Shown: positions 1 through 8,361 of the stretch, piece by piece
How positions within the stretch are numbered: the first letter of the stretch is position 1
How the letters are laid out: each line of letters begins with the position of its first letter
NCBI GenBank assembly: GCA_003009755.1
Contig: PXUB01000005.1
Span: 1-25,424 of the forward strand
DNA length: 25,424 bases
Direction: 5' to 3'
Source: Thermoplasmatales archaeon SW_10_69_26
GTDB lineage: Archaea; Thermoplasmatota; SW-10-69-26
Made by a program: the position numbers and the translations under genes
Notes under the pieces: model-generated
What the model was told of the DNA's origin: nothing
The model's database searches: none
The model's input: the letters and a program-made list of their open reading frames with translations, nothing else

Positions 1-22
1 CGCGGATCCGGTCGACCAGCGG

Positions 23-2533
23 TCAGGGCGCCTGGATGGCGGTCCCGCTGGCGCCGACCGCGTAGCTCAGGGTCAGGCCCGCCAGGTTCTCCTCGGTCTC
101 CGTCGTCTCGCGGTGCCAGTCGCCATCCTCGTAGTGGAACACGAGGCCGCCGGGACCGACCGCATAGCCCTCACCCGCGCCGATCTCGATCGCGGCCAGG
201 TCGGCATCGCCGAGGTCGGTGGGCGTCCACTCGGCCCCGTCGAAGTGGAAGACTTGACCGTTGCCGCCGGCGACCCAGACGTCGTCGCTGCCGTCGCTGT
301 CGACGCCGTAGAAGTTCACGTTGGCGTCCGGGATCCCGATGGCTTCCCAGGTCTCGCCGTCGTCGGTGGCGAACACCTTGCCGTTCGTGTCGACCGCGTG
401 GCAGGCCTTCGGCCCGTGGCAGTCGATCGCCTGGATCGAGGACCCGCTGCCCGGCGTCACGTACTCCCAGGTGCCCGAGGCGCCGTCCTCGAAGCTGTAG
501 AAGATCTGCCCCGAGTCGGTGGCGGCGTAGACGTTGGCCTCGTCGGCCGCGCCAGTCACGGCGACGTCGTTGAAGTTGTCACCGGTGTCGTCGGGCCCGC
601 TGTGGTCGTCGAGCACGCCCGCTTCGACGTCGTACTCGCCGACCTCGCCGGAGGCGCCGACGAACCACAGGCGCTCGCCGTCGTCGCTCACGTCGGACCC
701 GTACAGGTCGTTGCCGTTCCCGGAGGCGCCGCCGGCGACGATCGTCTGCCAGACGACCTCGCCGTCCTGGACGGTCCGCTCGGCGACGATGCCGCCGGTC
801 CCCACAGCGTAGGCTCCGGCGGTGGTCTGCTCGACGTCCCTCAGGTTCTCGTCGGTCTCGACCGTCTCAGCCTGCCAGGTCCCGTCCTCCTCGCTGTCGC
901 AGACGTCGGGGCCGTGGCTGAGGTTGAACTCGCCGGACCAGTCGGTCGACACGCTCGTCGTGGCTTCGTCGACGGTGTCGTCGAGGTGCGAACCCGGTGT
1001 CGTTTCGTAGTGGCCGACGGTCCCCGACTCCTTGACAAGGTCGAGGTCGCTGCTCGTCCCGTCGCTCCACTTGACGTGGATCGTCTCGGGGGCGGCCGTC
1101 TCCTTCAGGTCGGTGATGACGAAGTGCCACTCCTCCTCGTTGCAGTCGTGGTCGGAGAGGGCGCCCGCGTGGACCGGTTGGACGTCGCAGGGGACGGCGT
1201 CGACGTCGGTGGAGAGCTCGGATGCGTTGTTCGCCGAGTAGAACGTCGTGTCGCTCGTGCTCGCGTCGGCGATCCCGCGGAGGAAGACGTCGCAGGCGGT
1301 TTCGCGGATCTCGCCGCCCTGGATCGTGGCCCCGGGGCTTTCGAAGAGATGGATCCCGCGGGCCTGCGAACCGACGAAGCTGGACGCGGCGACGCGGAGG
1401 TCGGGGGTCCCGGTGGCGTTCAGGAGGTCCTGGCGGGCGTCGCGGACCTCCGCGTTCTGTACCTCGACATCCGTGGACGTGATCATCCACAGGCCGGCGT
1501 CGGCGCCCGACACGGAGACGCCGTCCACCGTGCCCTCGTCGACGTTCTCGAAGACGAGACCGTGCTCGGTGCTGTTCCGTACCGTCGAACCATCGACGGT
1601 GATATCGTCGGTGTCGAGCGCGTGGAAGCCTCGCTGGGAGCCCTCGAGGAGCCCGTTCGTCACGGTGACGGTGTCGCTCCCCTTGACGGTGATCGCATTC
1701 GTCGAGGCGTCCTGGACCTCGGGGGAGACGATGTCGGCGTTCGAGGCCCCTTCGACGACCACCCCGTTCGTGGTCGCCTGCTCGACGAGCGGCGTGGAGA
1801 CCTCCGAGTCGTCGCTGGAGAGCAGCCATATGCCGATGTCGGGGGATCGGACGGTTGCGTTTTGGAGCGTGACTCGCTGGCTGGCCTCGATCACGATGCC
1901 GTGCTCGTCGGGCGTATCCACGGTGACGTCGGACAGGTCCAGGCCTGCTCCGGCGTAGACGTGGACGCCGCGGGTACCCCCGTCGATGGTGACGTTCCGG
2001 ACCGTGGAGGCATCAGTGTCTGCCAGGCGGATCCCGTTCGCGCCGGCCGAGCCGATCTCGGCCTCGTCGATCGTGACGTCCGTGGAGAACAGGGCGTGGA
2101 CACCGTTGTTCGTCGCCCCGGTCACCGCGATGCCGGTGAGGGTGACGTTCGTGGTGTCGTCCAGCAGTAGACCATTCTTGCCGCCATCGACGCGGAGGTC
2201 CTCGATCCGGATGTCGTTCTCGGCGACGTTGAATCCGTTGCCAGAAGGCGGTCGGATCACGGTCGCGTTGGAGCCAGAGGACGCCTGACCGACGATCGCC
2301 AGGCCCGGCACGTCCACCGTGACGGATTCGTTGAACGTGCCCGCCTCGACGACGATCCTGTCCCCCGGGCTCGCGTCGTCGACCGCAGCCTGGATCGTAT
2401 CGAAGGACTCGGGATCGCCAGGATCGACCTGCAGTGTGTCGGCGGTGGCCGTCGACAGCACGAACGGAATCAAAGGGGCGGCTAGGAGGAGCCCTGCGAT
2501 CACGAGCCCAATCGCACCACGTCGGTGGCCCAA
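23..2533 (-). CDS. Secreted multidomain protein: signal peptide, right-handed parallel beta-helix (NosD/PbH1-like) region, small Cys-flanked linker domain, C-terminal WD40/YVTN/BNR-like beta-propeller
   Basis: 836-aa ORF with TTG start after GAGGGAGAG. Hydrophobic N-terminus, then FDTIQAAVDDASPGDRIVVEAGTFNESV (typical beta-helix cap) and about 22-aa repeats (GIxxxxSxxxxIxxxxV). C-terminal repeats such as LYGSDVSDDGERLWFVGASG, VFATDDGETW and VWVAGGNGQVFHFDG. Confidence 0.8.
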   Translation of the reverse strand: MGHRRGAIGLVIAGLLLAAPLIPFVLSTATADTLQVDPGDPESFDTIQAAVDDASPGDRIVVEAGTFNESVTVDVPGLAIVGQASSGSNATVIRPPSGNGFNVAENDIRIEDLRVDGGKNGLLLDDTTNVTLTGIAVTGATNNGVHALFSTDVTIDEAEIGSAGANGIRLADTDASTVRNVTIDGGTRGVHVYAGAGLDLSDVTVDTPDEHGIVIEASQRVTLQNATVRSPDIGIWLLSSDDSEVSTPLVEQATTNGVVVEGASNADIVSPEVQDASTNAITVKGSDTVTVTNGLLEGSQRGFHALDTDDITVDGSTVRNSTEHGLVFENVDEGTVDGVSVSGADAGLWMITSTDVEVQNAEVRDARQDLLNATGTPDLRVAASSFVGSQARGIHLFESPGATIQGGEIRETACDVFLRGIADASTSDTTFYSANNASELSTDVDAVPCDVQPVHAGALSDHDCNEEEWHFVITDLKETAAPETIHVKWSDGTSSDLDLVKESGTVGHYETTPGSHLDDTVDEATTSVSTDWSGEFNLSHGPDVCDSEEDGTWQAETVETDENLRDVEQTTAGAYAVGTGGIVAERTVQDGEVVWQTIVAGGASGNGNDLYGSDVSDDGERLWFVGASGEVGEYDVEAGVLDDHSGPDDTGDNFNDVAVTGAADEANVYAATDSGQIFYSFEDGASGTWEYVTPGSGSSIQAIDCHGPKACHAVDTNGKVFATDDGETWEAIGIPDANVNFYGVDSDGSDDVWVAGGNGQVFHFDGAEWTPTDLGDADLAAIEIGAGEGYAVGPGGLVFHYEDGDWHRETTETEENLAGLTLSYAVGASGTAIQAP

Positions 2534-2673
2534 GTCTCTCCCTCAGAATCGCTGAAAGCATTCCCCCGCATAGTCTTTTGCCCGCACCCGGCCGTGGATT
2601 GCGCCGGTTCCGCGACTGGTTCGACCGCGCGTGGGAGGAGAACATTCTTACGAGCGCTGTTCATCCAGTCGCA

Positions 2674-3345
2674 ATGATGAGTTCCTCCTGGTCTGCTGGG
2701 GGGTCTCCCCCGGATCCTTCCGAGGATTCCGACGTCGACCCGACCGGAAGCCCGACACCGCCCGACGACTTGCCCTGGGCTCAAGCAACGGCCCCAGGCA
2801 CGGGGCCGACAGACGAGGGTAATGGGAAGCAAGGCCCGTCAGCGTCCTCCGCGGACAGACCGGCGGTTTCTCGAGGGGAGCGCGACACCGACCCTGTCGA
2901 CGAGACCCCAGCGACGGGCGAAGACGAGGACGCGTCCGACGAGACGGCCTCTCCATCGTCTCGCCCGGCAGGGAAGACCACCGCGGAGACCTCCGAGGGA
3001 CGAGCCGTTCGAAGCGATCGCGCCGAGACCCCCGGGCAACCGCGGGAGACCGAGGGATCCAGTCCGGACGCGAACCCCGAGAAATTGGAGACGTCCCAGG
3101 AGGCGCTCGTCCGCGACGGGGCGAATATCCATGCCGACCTGCACGTCGACGGCGACCTCGTCACCGGGAAGAAGGTCCACGTTCGCGGCCAGATCCAGGT
3201 CAGAGGTTCCCTATACATCGGCGACGGGAGCGTCGTCGAGGGGGGACTGAAGGGTCATGGTCCCGTCGTCATGGGTCGAGCAGCCGAGATCGGGGAGACG
3301 GACCTCGACGACGGCCTCGCGGTTCTCCCTGCCGGACAGGATTAG
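2674..3345 (+). CDS. Bactofilin-like (polymer-forming cytoskeletal) protein with long acidic disordered N-terminal tail
   Basis: ATG at 2674 within the 2434..3345 frame. About 150 aa of P/S/D/E/T-rich low complexity, then ALVRDGANIHADLHVDGDLVTGKKVHVRGQIQVRGSLYIGDGSVVEGGLKGHGPVVMG, the alternating hydrophobic/Gly beta-helix pattern of bactofilins. Confidence 0.65.
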   Translation: MMSSSWSAGGSPPDPSEDSDVDPTGSPTPPDDLPWAQATAPGTGPTDEGNGKQGPSASSADRPAVSRGERDTDPVDETPATGEDEDASDETASPSSRPAGKTTAETSEGRAVRSDRAETPGQPRETEGSSPDANPEKLETSQEALVRDGANIHADLHVDGDLVTGKKVHVRGQIQVRGSLYIGDGSVVEGGLKGHGPVVMGRAAEIGETDLDDGLAVLPAGQD

Positions 3346-3453
3346 GCCCGGAGGGCACGGCCCGGGCATCGCCTCCAGGCCCGGTTGAGTTCTCTTTCAA
3401 GAAGGTCGGGAAGCCGAAGGCTCATATCTCCCCCCTCTCAGAGACAGGGAGTC

Positions 3454-3729
3454 ATGAGCGACAAGGATCCGCCCGCCCGCCAACGCGGCATCGAGGATCG
3501 CGAGGGCGATATCGAGGTTCCATCGGGGGCGTTCACCAACCTCGAACTGCGGGCGACTGGGGACATCAGGATCGGCGAGGGTTCCCACGTGGCCGGCAGG
3601 ACCCAGGGCAGACGGGTGGAGGTCGGCCAGAGGGCGACGGTCGATGGCGAGATCCGGGCGGAGGAGTCGCTCGTGGTCGGCGAGGGAGCCGTCGTGACCG
3701 GTCAAATCCAGGTAGGGGCGGACGGCTGA
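3454..3729 (+). CDS. Small bactofilin-like (polymer-forming cytoskeletal) protein
   Basis: ATG at 3454 after AGGGAG. 91 aa with LRATGDIRIGEGSHVAG, VEVGQRATVDGEIRAEESLVVGEGAVVTGQI repeats. Confidence 0.7.
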   Translation: MSDKDPPARQRGIEDREGDIEVPSGAFTNLELRATGDIRIGEGSHVAGRTQGRRVEVGQRATVDGEIRAEESLVVGEGAVVTGQIQVGADG

Positions 3730-3883
3730 GTTGGCGAGTCGCTGGGTACAGTGGGTGCGCGCGGGCGGCCTGGCAACCGCTCGTCGGGGTAGCGTTGGCG
3801 GAACCAGCCCCAGCGGGCCGGCCAGGCGGGGGACCGGGTCGAGCTGGGAGCCGGCAAGCTCGCCGTGGAGGGCCTTGCCACGG

Positions 3884-4537
3884 TCAGGCGTCAACTCGCT
3901 CGCGGCGGCCCGCGAGGACCTCGGCGCCGGCGTACGCGGCGGCGACGCCGGTGGTCACGAGCTGACCGAGCAGGACGCCGAACCCGATCGTGTCACGGAC
4001 GACCCGCTCCGGGTCGAACCGGGGGCCCTCGCCCGCGCCGAGCGCCGCGAGCAGCGGCCCGAGGACGATCCCGGCGCCGACCAGCGTCGAGGCGAGCAGG
4101 AACCCGGCCCGGGGGATCCTCGCGTCCACCGCTCCCGGGGCCGTGTCGTGCGCCCAGGCCGCGGCTGGGACGGCGACGAGCATGCCGAGGAACGCGAGCA
4201 GCCCCCCGCCCAGGGCCGCCAGGCCCTCCCTGGTGGCGAAGATCCACGCTGCTGCCAGCGCGGCGAGGAACGTGCCGAGCGGCAGCGCGAGCAGGGCCCG
4301 CGCGCCGGGCCCCCACCGGAACAGGGCCGCCGTGCCCAGGCTGGCGAGCGCCACGCCCGCCGGCAGGACGAAGGACAGCTGGCCCGGGGCCAGGGCCTCG
4401 AGGACGTCGAGCCCGGTGGGCTCGGTGAGGAACTCGGCGGCCCCGGCGATCGAGGGGAGGCCGATCGCCAGGCCCAGCGCGACCGCGAGCGCGGCAGCGG
4501 CCCGGTGCCACCAGCGCGGGGTCGACTCCAGGTCCAT
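3884..4537 (-). CDS. Hypothetical multi-pass membrane protein
   Basis: 217-aa ORF with about six Ala/Leu/Gly-rich hydrophobic segments and genome-typical codon usage. Confidence 0.7.
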   Translation of the reverse strand: MDLESTPRWWHRAAAALAVALGLAIGLPSIAGAAEFLTEPTGLDVLEALAPGQLSFVLPAGVALASLGTAALFRWGPGARALLALPLGTFLAALAAAWIFATREGLAALGGGLLAFLGMLVAVPAAAWAHDTAPGAVDARIPRAGFLLASTLVGAGIVLGPLLAALGAGEGPRFDPERVVRDTIGFGVLLGQLVTTGVAAAYAGAEVLAGRRERVDA

Positions 4538-4704
4538 CGTCGGTCGCCCCTAGGCGGCCGCGCCGGAAAGACCACGCGGTTCCGTTCGGGCGCACCCGGA
4601 CGGATTCCCGTCTGCCGCCGACACGGGCGTTCGGCGGCGGCCCAACGGAGACCGAGCCGGCATACCCCGCGACCCGGCACGAGCGGGGTGAGGTTCGATC
4701 CCCC

Positions 4705-4791
4705 GTGCTCGACGACGAGCCCGTGTACGTGCCCGAGGTCCTGCTGACGAGCGTGCTCGCCGTGATGGCGCTGGCCGTGCTGGCGACCTGA
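4705..4791 (+). CDS. Candidate 28-aa single-pass membrane peptide (or gene remnant)
   Basis: GTG CTC GAC GAC GAG...GCG ACC TGA encodes (M)LDDEPVYVPEVLLTSVLAVMALAVLAT. Every sense codon ends in G/C, and an SD-like GGGGTGAGG lies at 4685-4693. Confidence 0.35.
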   Translation: MLDDEPVYVPEVLLTSVLAVMALAVLAT

Positions 4792-5239
4792 CCGCCACGA
4801 GCCGAACCCTCAAGGGCCGGCGACTCCGTAGCGGCGGCGATGGCTTCGGGAAGCCGGGGCCGGCGGGCAGCGGGAGCCGTGGCGCTGGCGAGCGTGCCGG
4901 CCTGCTCGTCCTCGCGGGGGCGGCCGGCGGCGTGCCGGACGACCTGGATCTGTACCAGTTCCGGTTCCAGCATCGCGCCTGCCGGGAGAGGGGGTTGGAG
5001 CCGGGGTTGGCGGGGCTCGCGTTGGCGGCCCGAGGGACGAGGCGTCAGTGACAGGGCGGTGCGTTGGCGGAGGTGCATCGAAATCCCGCGTTCAGCACCA
5101 ACCGCAGAGCCGTGAGGCTCCGCGCCATCGGCTGACGGTCACGGCGTTCGTTCGCCGAACGACACGGTTGCGGTCGGTACGCCTATCACGGAGCCACAGA
5201 GGCGGGGAGACGGACTGGAGCAAGCGGACTGTGTCGTTG

Positions 5240-5690
5240 GCCTACGGTAGCGGCGTTCGTCTGGGGGCGACGCGTCTATCTCGGCCCCCCTTTTTGATGA
5301 AAATTTCCGCGGATACCGCGTGATGGGGATACCGTAGAGTCGGAACTTTTCCGCGTCATCGGTCCTGCGGTAGCGGAGTTCGTCCGGGGGGCTACTGCAG
5401 ATACCGCTGCCCCCCTTTTTGACGAAAATTTCCGCGGATACCGCGTGACGCGGCTACCGCAGAGTCGGAAATTTTCTGCGCCATCGGCTCACGGTAGCGG
5501 AATTCGTCTGGGGGGCTACTGCAGATACCGCTGCCCCCCGTTTTGATGAAAATTTCCTGGTCTACGGCGTGACGCGGCTATCGTAGAGTCGGAAATTTTC
5601 GGGGGCTACGACGGAGCTGAGGCCCCCCTTTTTGATGAAAATTTCCGGGGATACCGCGTGATGGAGATACCGTAGAGTCGGAAATTTTCA
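5240..5690. repeat. Non-coding modular palindromic tandem repeat array (4 core units, periods 125, 124 and 89 bp), with a degenerate partial copy at about 5121-5152
   Basis: 53-bp cores GAAAATTTCC(G)...(C)GGAAATTTTC at 5299-5351, 5424-5476, 5548-5600 and 5637-5689. Each is preceded by GGGGG(G)C...GCCCCCC-(T/G)TTTTGA(T/C). Periods are not multiples of 3. Confidence 0.95.
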
Positions 5691-6047
5691 CCGGCAGCCG
5701 CAGCCGCTGCCGCAGTCGCCGTCCATCTCGTTGGGGTTCTCGATGGCGAAGCCCTGACCGAGCATCGTCTGCTGGAAGTCGACGGTGGCGCCTTCGACGA
5801 ACGGGAGGGCGTCCTCGTCGACGTAGACGTCGATGTCGTTGCTAGAGACGACGGTCTCGCGGTCCTGGGCGCCGTCGCGAGCGAACGAGAGACCGTAGCG
5901 GAGCCCGCAGTCGGCGGGTTGGACGAGAAGGCGCAGACCCAGGATGTCGCCCTCGGTGCTCACCATCTCCTCGCGGAGGCGGTCGGCCGCCGCGTCGGTG
6001 ATCTCGATCGGGCGAGGCTCGGTCTCGGTCTGCGCGGCCTCGGGCAT
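5688..6047 (-). CDS. HesB/IscA/SufA (A-type) iron-sulfur cluster carrier protein
   Basis: IEITDAAADRL, GLRLLV...CGLRYGLSF, DVYVDEDALPFVEGATVDF, GFAIENPN and a C-terminal CGSGCGC. Confidence 0.92.
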   Translation of the reverse strand: MPEAAQTETEPRPIEITDAAADRLREEMVSTEGDILGLRLLVQPADCGLRYGLSFARDGAQDRETVVSSNDIDVYVDEDALPFVEGATVDFQQTMLGQGFAIENPNEMDGDCGSGCGCR

Positions 6048-6111
6048 GGCTCCGGGATGAGGGCTGGGGTATCTTGAACCTTCGGTGCACCGGCCCTCGG
6101 TAGCGGCCTCC

Positions 6112-6651
6112 TCAGCACGCGACGTTGCGGGCGACGTCCTTGGCTTCGTTGTAGGTGGCGGAGCCGGCGAGCTCAGAGCCTTGCGTCAGGCCGTATCCCA
6201 CGCTGATGACGAAGGGGTCGCACTCCTCGGGCGTGATGAGCACGGCCTTGCCCTGCGCGCCGCTCTTCTCGAAGTCGTAGACGTCGGCATCGGTCTCGGT
6301 GCCACCGAGCTGCGGCAGCGAGACCTGGGTCGTCCCCGTCTTCTCGAGCGTGATGCCGCGCTTCTCCTCGATCTTCTCGATCGCGTTCGGGATGAACCGG
6401 CGCTCGTCGAGGATCGGGATATCGTTGGTCGTGGCGACCGTGACGCCTGTTGCGTCTTGGCCGCTGGGACCGCGGTACTCCTTGGTTGCGATCTCGGCCA
6501 GGCCCATCGCGACGGGCTGGGTGTCGCTGTTCGTCTGCGACCAGCCCTTCTGGTTGAGAGTCTGTTCGGAGATCTCGGCCGGATCGACGCCGCCGAGGCA
6601 TCCTGCCATCATGGCCAGCGCCAGCAGGCCCACCCATAGTGCAGCTCGCAT
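6112..6651 (-). CDS. Hypothetical lipoprotein
   Basis: Signal peptide with lipobox MMAGCLGG, followed by an acidic soluble domain. 179 aa. Confidence 0.75.
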   Translation of the reverse strand: MRAALWVGLLALAMMAGCLGGVDPAEISEQTLNQKGWSQTNSDTQPVAMGLAEIATKEYRGPSGQDATGVTVATTNDIPILDERRFIPNAIEKIEEKRGITLEKTGTTQVSLPQLGGTETDADVYDFEKSGAQGKAVLITPEECDPFVISVGYGLTQGSELAGSATYNEAKDVARNVAC

Positions 6652-6758
6652 CGCCGAGGGCAGGCCACGGGTGGGCCTTCACCTTTGCGGGAGGTCCCCT
6701 CGAACGTCCAGCCATCGCAACGCCCAACGCTGAAACCCTCCCTGCCAATTGCTGGCGT

Positions 6759-7901
6759 GTGAGCTTGGACGTCGTCGTGGTCGGGGCCGGCGCGATGGGA
6801 GCAGCCACCGCCTGGCAGGCGGCCAAGCTGGGCGCCGACGTGACGCTGCTCGATCGCGGCCAGGTGTGCGGGGGCACCAGCGCCCACGGCGTCGGGCTCG
6901 TCACCCGGCTGCTGTGGGAGCCGCCGGACATCGGGCTCGTGGCCCACAGCCTGGACCGGTTCCGCGAGCTCGACGAGACGGCGGGGGCGAGCTTCGACTA
7001 CCACGACACGGGCTCGCTGTTGATCGTCGGTCCCGAGCACGAGGACGAGGTGCAGAAGGTGTTCCGCACCTGGCGGGCGCAGGCGATCGACGTGCGGCCG
7101 GTCTCGCCCGGCGACGTGGCCGAGATCCCCGGTTGCGCGGACCTGGAGCTGGCCAAGGCCGAGCACGCCTTCTTCACGGAGGCCGACGGCTGGTGCGTGA
7201 CGATGGACGCCGTGCGCGCCATGGTCGACGAGGCCCGATCCCACGGCGCCAACGTCCGGCCGAACACGCCGGTCGATCGTGTCCGCGACGGCCTCGTCCG
7301 CCTCGCAGACGGGGACGAGCTCGAGGCGGAGGCCGTCGTGGTGGCGGCGGGCGTGCGCTCCCGGCAGCTGATCGAGGACGGCTGGCGGCCGCCGATCGAC
7401 GCGTTCCGCGCGCAGGCCGCCGTGCTCGGCCACGAGGGCAACCGCTCGGGCCCGATCGTGCACGATACACCCAACCGCACCTACTGGCGGCCGGAGGGCT
7501 CCGGCCAGGTGATGATCGGCGACGGCACCGATCTCTCCAGCCACGAGCCAGGCCTCGAGCCCAGCGTCGACGAGGCCTTCGCCCACCGAGTCGCCGAGCG
7601 GTTGCGGGACCGGTGGCCGGCCGCCGACCCGATCCACGAGGTCCGCAGCTGGGCGGATCTCGAGGCCGCCACCCCCGACGCGCGGCCGCTGGTCGGTCGG
7701 GTCCCCGACCGTGAGCGGGTGTATCTTTGCACGGGCGGCAACGGGTTCGGCTTCATGCGTTCCCCGGCGCTGGGCGAGGGTTTGGCCCAACGCATCGTCC
7801 AGAAGGGCTCGCCGGTCCCGCTCCACGGGTGCGAGCCCTCACGCTTCGAGGAGGGCTATGGAACCGGTTTCCCGATGCAAGAGGGGTTCGCCCTCGACTG
7901 A
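6759..7901 (+). CDS. FAD-dependent oxidoreductase, DAO/glycine oxidase/sarcosine oxidase family
   Basis: GTG at 6759. DVVVVGAGAMG dinucleotide-binding motif, GTSAHGVG, TPDARPLVG and GGNGFGFMRSPALGE. Confidence 0.92.
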   Translation: MSLDVVVVGAGAMGAATAWQAAKLGADVTLLDRGQVCGGTSAHGVGLVTRLLWEPPDIGLVAHSLDRFRELDETAGASFDYHDTGSLLIVGPEHEDEVQKVFRTWRAQAIDVRPVSPGDVAEIPGCADLELAKAEHAFFTEADGWCVTMDAVRAMVDEARSHGANVRPNTPVDRVRDGLVRLADGDELEAEAVVVAAGVRSRQLIEDGWRPPIDAFRAQAAVLGHEGNRSGPIVHDTPNRTYWRPEGSGQVMIGDGTDLSSHEPGLEPSVDEAFAHRVAERLRDRWPAADPIHEVRSWADLEAATPDARPLVGRVPDRERVYLCTGGNGFGFMRSPALGEGLAQRIVQKGSPVPLHGCEPSRFEEGYGTGFPMQEGFALD

Positions 7902-8361
7902 TCGCGAACTTGTGGCGCGTGTCGGGGTCGCCGTTCTCGTCCACCGTCATCGGCGGGACCGTCGTCACGGGATGCGACGGCTTGACCGTGGACTCGGTGC
8001 GTCCGGCTAGACTGATCCGGATTCACTTTGCGTGAGCGCTCGCGCCGGCGTGAGCGGTCGAGGTTGAGGACCGCGAGGAAGGAAACCTGGCAGGTTTTCG
8101 ACGGAGTGGGACGACGAGATCGGGCGCCTCACGCCGGGCGCCTCCACGCGAGGCCGCCTCAGCTGCCCGATGATGGGGGTTCCCCGTGTCCACCCTCGCA
8201 GGCTGCGTCGCGAATCCCTGGATGCGCCCTACGGGCACGCCTTCGGTCCCGCTCCTTACCTTTGGCCATCTTAGGCCGAGCGAGAGCTTAACCCAAGCAT
8301 GTCCGGCAGTCTAGGTAGCCGGGCACGGCCAGCGGCGTCACGGTCAACGCCAGCTCGATCT

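Noticed and set aside
4685-4705. tRNA T-arm-like GGTTCGATCCC
   Set aside because: No paired T-stem, acceptor stem or anticodon arm can be built around it.
5240-5690. CRISPR array
   Set aside because: The sequences between the conserved parts are themselves repeated rather than unique spacers, the periods (89-125 bp) are too long, and there are no cas genes in the window.
5284-5690. Canonical ORB-containing replication origin
   Set aside because: A G-string and GGAAA are present, but the TCCA-N3-GAAA core does not match, and there is no orc1/cdc6 gene or long AT-rich unwinding element. Kept only as a weak hypothesis.
7902-8340. Small ORFs between the FAD oxidoreductase and the arlJ remnant
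   Set aside because: Arg/Pro-rich translations with atypical codon usage and no recognisable motif.
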